From the NCBI GenBank assembly GCA_045646345.1, contig JAZRKN010000015.1, forward strand, positions 128,001-192,000: 64,000 bases of DNA, in the 5' to 3' direction. This document shows, piece after piece, positions 58,743 to 64,000 of this stretch. The number at the start of each line of letters is the position of its first letter. Position 1 is the first letter of the stretch. The position numbers were made by a program, and so were the translations under genes. Below the pieces are notes generated by a model. The model was not told the origin of the DNA. It was given only the letters and a program-made list of their open reading frames with translations, and did no database searches. The DNA is from Candidatus Scatovivens sp. GTDB taxonomy: Bacteria > Bacillota > Clostridia > TANB77 > CAG-508.

Positions 58743-58831
58743 AAATCTCTCCTTTGCTTTTGTTTGTTAAATCATATCATAAACGCAAAAAAATACCAAG
58801 GTTTTATCTTGGTATTTTTGTTTTATTTTTA

Positions 58832-60793
58832 TTAAATTTCCATAATTATTGGCAAAATCATTGGATTTCTTTTTGTTGTTTGGAATATATAATCTTTTAG
58901 AGCATCACGAATTGCATTTTTTATTGTTGACCAATCTTTAATACGATTATCTACACATTTCATTATTTCTATATTTATAATTGCTCTTACTTCATCCATT
59001 AAGTTTTCTGATTCTCTTACATAAACAAATCCTCTAGAAATCACATCTGGACCAGCTACAACATTTCCTTCAGAATCCATTGTTAATACAACAACTATTA
59101 AACCATCTTGTGATAAATGTTGTCTATCTCTTAAAACAATATTTCCAACATCTCCTACTCCTAATCCATCAACAAATATTTTTCCAACTTGAACTGTACC
59201 AGAAATTTTAGCTTCATTTTCATTTAATTCAACAATTTTTCCGTTTTTCATTAATATAATATTGTCTGCTGGAATTCCCATTTGTCTTGCTGTATTTCTG
59301 TGAGCAATCAATTGTCTATATTCTCCATGAACTGGTATAAAATATTTTGGTCTTACTAATGATAACATTAATTTTTGTTCTTCTTGACATGCGTGTCCTG
59401 AAACGTGAACATCTGCTAAAGAACTATATACAACTTCAGCACCGATTTTCATTAAATCATCAATTACTTTAGCAACAAATTTTTCATTTCCAGGAATTGG
59501 TGTTGCAGAAATTATAACTAAATCATTTGAATTTATATTAACTTTTCTATGTTCACCATTTGCCATTCTTGTTAATGCTGACATTGGTTCACCTTGACTT
59601 CCTGTAGTAATAATTACTAATTGCTCATCTGAATAATTTTTAATCATATCTAAATCGATAAATATATTTTTTGGTGCATGAATATATCCTAGTTCAACTG
59701 CAGTTTGAATCATATTTATCATACTTCTTCCACAAATTGCTATTTTTCTGTTATTAGCAACTGCTGAGTTAACTATTTGTTGAACTCTATGCATGTTTGA
59801 TGCAAATGTTGCAATAACAATTCTTTTCTTGCAATTTAAGAATAACTTATCAAATACTTCACCAACAGTACTTTCTGACATTGTGTAACCTTTTCTTTCA
59901 GCGTTTGTACTATCTGAAAGTAGGGCTAATACACCTTTATTTCCAAGTTCAGCTAATCTTCCTAAATCAATCTTTTGATCATCAATTGGAGTATAGTCAA
60001 TTTTAAAGTCTCCTGTATGAATTACAGTTCCAACTGGGGTATGAATAGCTAAAGCTACAGAATCTGGAATTGAATGACAACTTCTTATAAATTCAATTCT
60101 CATTTTTCCAAGTACTATAGTTTGTCCTTGTTTTACAACATTTAATTTTGCAGTTTTATCCAAATGATGTTCTTGTAATTTATTTTGAATTAATCCACAT
60201 GTTAATCTTGTTGCATAAATTGGGATATTCATTTGTTTTAATAAATAAGCAATAGAACCGATATGATCTTCGTGACCGTGAGTAATTACTAACCCTCTAA
60301 TTTTATCTCTATTTTTCTCTAAATAAGAAAAATCAGGAATTACTAAATCTATACCAAGCATATCTTCTTCTGGAAATGCTACACCACAATCAACAATAAC
60401 AATATCATTTCCATATTCAAAAACAGTAATGTTTTTTCCAATTTCTTCAATTCCACCTAAAGGAATAATTTTTAAATTTTCTTTTTTAAATACAAAATCT
60501 TCTTTTATCATTGGCATTGGATTATTCTCTAATTCCAAATTAATTATTGATTTGTTTTTCTTTCTTATTAATGTTGGTGTTAAATTTTCATTTTTTGTCA
60601 CTTTAGGTAAATTATTTTGTTTCTTTATTATTTGATTTTTAGGTTCAACTGGTTTGTTCACCTTTTTTTTACTTTTCGTTTTATTTGTGTTTTGATTTAC
60701 TGGTTTAGTAGCTTTCTTCTCTCCCATTGGTTTTGATTTTTTTCTACTAACTTTTTCATTTGATTTTTTTATTTCTTCCATTTTTATTCGCAT
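58832..60793 (-). CDS. rnj: Ribonuclease J with ~100-aa K/N-rich N-terminal extension
   Basis: PLGG..EIGKN, THGHEDHIG, HTGDFK, TGSQGE, HVSGH, PVHGE, SRGFVY. Confidence 0.93.
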   Translation of the reverse strand: MRIKMEEIKKSNEKVSRKKSKPMGEKKATKPVNQNTNKTKSKKKVNKPVEPKNQIIKKQNNLPKVTKNENLTPTLIRKKNKSIINLELENNPMPMIKEDFVFKKENLKIIPLGGIEEIGKNITVFEYGNDIVIVDCGVAFPEEDMLGIDLVIPDFSYLEKNRDKIRGLVITHGHEDHIGSIAYLLKQMNIPIYATRLTCGLIQNKLQEHHLDKTAKLNVVKQGQTIVLGKMRIEFIRSCHSIPDSVALAIHTPVGTVIHTGDFKIDYTPIDDQKIDLGRLAELGNKGVLALLSDSTNAERKGYTMSESTVGEVFDKLFLNCKKRIVIATFASNMHRVQQIVNSAVANNRKIAICGRSMINMIQTAVELGYIHAPKNIFIDLDMIKNYSDEQLVIITTGSQGEPMSALTRMANGEHRKVNINSNDLVIISATPIPGNEKFVAKVIDDLMKIGAEVVYSSLADVHVSGHACQEEQKLMLSLVRPKYFIPVHGEYRQLIAHRNTARQMGIPADNIILMKNGKIVELNENEAKISGTVQVGKIFVDGLGVGDVGNIVLRDRQHLSQDGLIVVVLTMDSEGNVVAGPDVISRGFVYVRESENLMDEVRAIINIEIMKCVDNRIKDWSTIKNAIRDALKDYIFQTTKRNPMILPIIMEI

Positions 60794-61218
60794 ATTAAAG
60801 CTCGCTCCTTTAATACACTCTCCTTTCTTTATTATTTCTTTCTCGTATCTTAAAATTTATATTATTTTAATTAAATTATTTTCAATTTCAAAGCAAAATA
60901 AACGTACACTTTAAAATAAAATATACATTATCTTTTTTATATAATTAGAGCATCAAAAAAATAGCCTACCAAATAGACTATCAGAAAATATTTTAGTAAA
61001 ACTATATAAAACATAAATAAATCACGCACATTATGTTTTTTTATTATAATTTCAAATTTATAAATATTATTACTTACACACCTAAAACAAATTAGAAAAT
61101 TACAATCTCCTTATTTCCTAACCTTAATATAATATTTATATTTCTCCGTACATTTTTTATTTTTTAATATTTTCCGAACTCTTTAATTTTTATATAAATC
61201 TCATTAATACTGTTATTA

Positions 61219-61247
61219 ATTATACTATTTTTTTAGATTATTGTCAA
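61219..61247 (-). promoter_or_regulatory. Sigma-A promoter ~420 nt upstream of rnj
   Basis: TTGACA-17 bp-TATAAT. Confidence 0.65.
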
Positions 61248-61367
61248 CCTATTGGATTTTTATGTCTATCTTATAAAAAGAATTAGCCCGTCCTTTTTGT
61301 AAGGACGGGCCATGGTAGTTTGGACTATATATAGAAAATATTCGCTTTAATCCAAACTAATTTACTG

Positions 61368-61850
61368 TTAACCAGCCATGCGGAAACGAGGCAGCGTAGT
61401 AGCTTCGATGAACTCCGGAGAGATGATAAAGACATAGAAGTTCTTTTCACCATCTGCTTCTGCCACCGGCAGACCGAGATCATTGTCCTTCCACTTTCGA
61501 GGCGTCTTGAAACCGCTCATGTCAACAGGATCTTCACTTGCCAGCTCATTGCACTGGCGATTATATTTCCGATGAAGCATTCCCCAAAGAGAATGGATGT
61601 AATCGCCCGGATTACGGATCGGCTGGAGAGAAGTGATACAGAACGTACCATTCTTCTCGGTAATCGATATTCTTTCACAGGCATATGCATTATTCATAAG
61701 CATATGCAGATCATCGACACCAGCTTTGGTATACGGTCTTACATGCATCCTCCAGGTTTTGTCCTTCAGCTGAAACATCTCTCGAAGTTTCTCAAAATAG
61801 TCGACATGCTGCTTGTTTTTGGGTGTTTCCTTGACAGTGTTATTTCCCAT
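61368..61850 (-). CDS. Hypothetical protein (high GC)
   Basis: GAGGAGG RBS; TTGACT-17-TATAAT promoter (61919-61947); GCCCGTCCTT/AAGGACGGGC terminator. Confidence 0.6.
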   Translation of the reverse strand: MGNNTVKETPKNKQHVDYFEKLREMFQLKDKTWRMHVRPYTKAGVDDLHMLMNNAYACERISITEKNGTFCITSLQPIRNPGDYIHSLWGMLHRKYNRQCNELASEDPVDMSGFKTPRKWKDNDLGLPVAEADGEKNFYVFIISPEFIEATTLPRFRMAG

Positions 61851-61989
61851 ATGTTCTTCCTCCTCAAGTCTGGTGTTCGGGATTGTTTAACAGTTACGAA
61901 TGTTTTTCAACACCTTATATTATACCACATTATGTCAATAAAGTCAATTTTGAAGCCCTGTAGCATACTATTACTTTTCCTTATATTTA

Positions 61990-62445
61990 TTATTTTTTAT
62001 CTCCATAAAACCAATCTGTACTTTCTGTTTTGGCTGTATTATCTTCTTCAATACTAAATAATTTAAATTCTTTATTTCTTATTGTATTTCCTGCTTTTAT
62101 ATATAAACCACATTCCACAAAAGCATATATAAAAAATATAATTGATGGTAATATTAATTCAAGAGCTAAAGCTCCAAGTCCAATCAAATATCCAACTATA
62201 ACTCCAGGATATTTTTTCAAATTCACAAATATCATAACTATTGATGCCACAGCAAGTATAAGTTGCGCATACCCTATCATTCTAGAAAAAGATGTAAAAC
62301 TTAATCCTGAATATTCTTTTCCAGTAACCAAAGCTGTTGCTGCATTACCAGATTCAATCATAACAAGAATTATTAGAACAATTTTTAATATTCCTACTAT
62401 TGTTAGTGACATTCCAAAAAAATCATTTACTTTTTTTAACTTCAT
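61990..62445 (-). CDS. Membrane protein (~4 TMs)
   Basis: Hydrophobic helices; AAAGGAG RBS. Confidence 0.65.
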   Translation of the reverse strand: MKLKKVNDFFGMSLTIVGILKIVLIILVMIESGNAATALVTGKEYSGLSFTSFSRMIGYAQLILAVASIVMIFVNLKKYPGVIVGYLIGLGALALELILPSIIFFIYAFVECGLYIKAGNTIRNKEFKLFSIEEDNTAKTESTDWFYGDKK

Positions 62446-62507
62446 TTGTTTTCTCCTTTATAAAATTTAAGCTAAATAATTAAAATAATTATTTAGCTTA
62501 TAGAAAA

Positions 62508-63416
62508 TTAATTTTCGATTGTTGCTCCGATTATTCCAGCATCATTTTTAAATTGCGCTGTAACAATTTTTGGTTTTTCACCTTCATTAAATGTCATATT
62601 TGGTTTATTTATTTCTTCTATTAATCTATTAAAAACTGGGTGACCTTCATAATAAGAAAAACTTCCACCAAAGCAAACAACTTCTGGTTCAAAAATATCT
62701 ATAAGATTACAAATTCCTATTCTTAGATAATTTATAAAATCCGCAATATCATCTTCTACTTGATCTTTATATTCAACCATCAAGTGTTCTCTCATATATT
62801 GTCCTGATATATCAGAGCTATCTATATTTAATGTTTTTGTTATTCTATTTTTTAAAGATTTAATTGAAGCATATCTTTCAAAACAACCTTTTTTTCCACA
62901 TGTACATTCAATACCATCTTTTACAAGAGTCATATGTCCAAATTCAAATCCAGAATATTTTTTAGGTTCTAGTAATTTACCTCCTAAAAATGCTGCACCA
63001 CCAAGACCTGTTCCTATATTTACAAAAACGCAATCGTCATAGTCTTTCATTGCACCATATTTTTTCTCCACAAGTGCTGCACACTTCCCGTCATTTCTAA
63101 CTACTACTGGTTTATTAAACATTTCTTCAAGTTTTGTTTTTAAATCAAATTCTTTTAAACCTAAATTCCAAGAAGTTACTTTTCCAGCAGCTACAGTTCC
63201 CGGACAAGCAGCTCCGATACTTTTTATATCTTCAAACTTTACACCTGTTTTTTCTAATAATTCATGTACTAGTTCATATATATATCTTAAAATTACATTT
63301 TCTATATTCTTTTTATCTTCAGCAGTAAAGAACTTATCTATTTTTTCTTTTAGTTCTACTCCTTCTATAATTCCAATTCCTATATGACTTCCACCTAAAT
63401 CAATTCCTATTTTCAT
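62508..63416 (-). CDS. ROK-family sugar kinase (glucokinase-like)
   Basis: IGIDLGGS, NDG.CAAL.E...G, GTGLGG, EFGHM, CTCG..GCFE.YAS, AGIIGA. Confidence 0.88.
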   Translation of the reverse strand: MKIGIDLGGSHIGIGIIEGVELKEKIDKFFTAEDKKNIENVILRYIYELVHELLEKTGVKFEDIKSIGAACPGTVAAGKVTSWNLGLKEFDLKTKLEEMFNKPVVVRNDGKCAALVEKKYGAMKDYDDCVFVNIGTGLGGAAFLGGKLLEPKKYSGFEFGHMTLVKDGIECTCGKKGCFERYASIKSLKNRITKTLNIDSSDISGQYMREHLMVEYKDQVEDDIADFINYLRIGICNLIDIFEPEVVCFGGSFSYYEGHPVFNRLIEEINKPNMTFNEGEKPKIVTAQFKNDAGIIGATIEN

Positions 63417-63432
63417 TAGTACCTCCTAAATT

Positions 63433-63999
63433 TTAAATAAATAACAGTCCGCTTAAATATATTTGCATACAAGGAATTAACACTGTAACCACAAATAATA
63501 ATAAAGCTAATCCTACAATTATATATGAAATTTCTGGTAATTTCTTTAAAAATTTTTGTATTTCTTTTTCAATGTCTTTATCCAAATATTTTAATGCAGA
63601 AGTAAAATCTTGAATATCTTTGGTTTTTTCGCTTTTCTTTAATAGCTCTAAAATAATTGGATTTAATAATTTCTCATTTGAAAAAACATCTAACCATGAT
63701 TTTCCAATATAAACATTATTAATTGATTTCTCTATCAAACTAAACATATATGTATTTTTAGTAACATTTTTACTAATCTCTAAAGCATCTTCAATTCTCA
63801 TTTTATTTTGAAGATTTAAGAAAATACTTCTTATTACTCTTGAAAAATCTAGTAAATATAACAATTTTCCAAGTAATTTATTATTATATTTTAATGCATC
63901 TAATTTAGCTCTTCCATTTTCTGAATTAATGTATTTTGAAAACCACAATCCAATGCCAATTATAACAAAAATCCAAATATACCAGAATTTGATAAACAC
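63433..63999 (-). CDS. Type II secretion F / PilC-ComGB-like platform protein (5' end outside window)
   Basis: TM then LD.LK....LLGKL, FSR.......I..AL, G.S, LPEI..IIVG...LFVV.VL.P..QIY. Confidence 0.6.
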   Translation of the reverse strand: MFIKFWYIWIFVIIGIGLWFSKYINSENGRAKLDALKYNNKLLGKLLYLLDFSRVIRSIFLNLQNKMRIEDALEISKNVTKNTYMFSLIEKSINNVYIGKSWLDVFSNEKLLNPIILELLKKSEKTKDIQDFTSALKYLDKDIEKEIQKFLKKLPEISYIIVGLALLLFVVTVLIPCMQIYLSGLLFI

Positions 64000-64000
64000 A

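Noticed and set aside
61572-62470. Plus-strand ORFs of 161 and 146 aa
   Set aside because: Antisense to genes that have RBS, promoter and terminator support
1-64000. Prophage, IS, integron, DGR/retron, rRNA or tRNA genes
   Set aside because: No integrase, transposase, reverse transcriptase, phage structural genes, long duplicated segments or RNA-gene signatures recognised by eye
1-64000. Stop-codon reassignment
   Set aside because: Conserved genes (clpB, uvrC, glmS, serS, gltX, rnj) are full length under the standard code

Overview
AT-rich chromosomal segment of a low-GC, probably spore-forming Clostridia-like Bacillota (pdaA-like and yaaL-like genes, T-box, glmS ribozyme, AGA-dominated Arg codons). 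The left ~26 kb is a large surface-fibre locus: three SipW-type signal peptidases plus one catalytically degenerate copy, six proteins with SipW-cognate (TasA/CalY-like) signal peptides, a seventh related membrane-anchored protein and a ~3,260-aa GG-repeat adhesin. Embedded in the same operon are a membrane-anchored McrB-like AAA+ NTPase, a DUF2357-like partner with no visible nuclease motif and a degenerate EAL-like protein. I consider this combination the best candidate for an undescribed system. Its promoter regions share 11-bp-phased TTACAT/TGTAA repeats, and a huge acidic AT-hook protein is transcribed divergently from it. The right ~34 kb is mostly housekeeping (clpB, pdaA, PfkB kinase, RluA, ispH, uvrC, hpt, glmS, engB, serS, gltX, rnj, ROK kinase, PilC-like), interspersed with solitary higher-GC orphan cassettes. 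RNA elements: a yybP-ykoY-like riboswitch unusually placed before a PfkB kinase, a glmS ribozyme, and a Ser T-box ahead of two DUF1653 genes and serS. One gene is split by a +1 frameshift whose window contains a CGG codon. All family assignments come from motif recognition by eye; no database searches were run.
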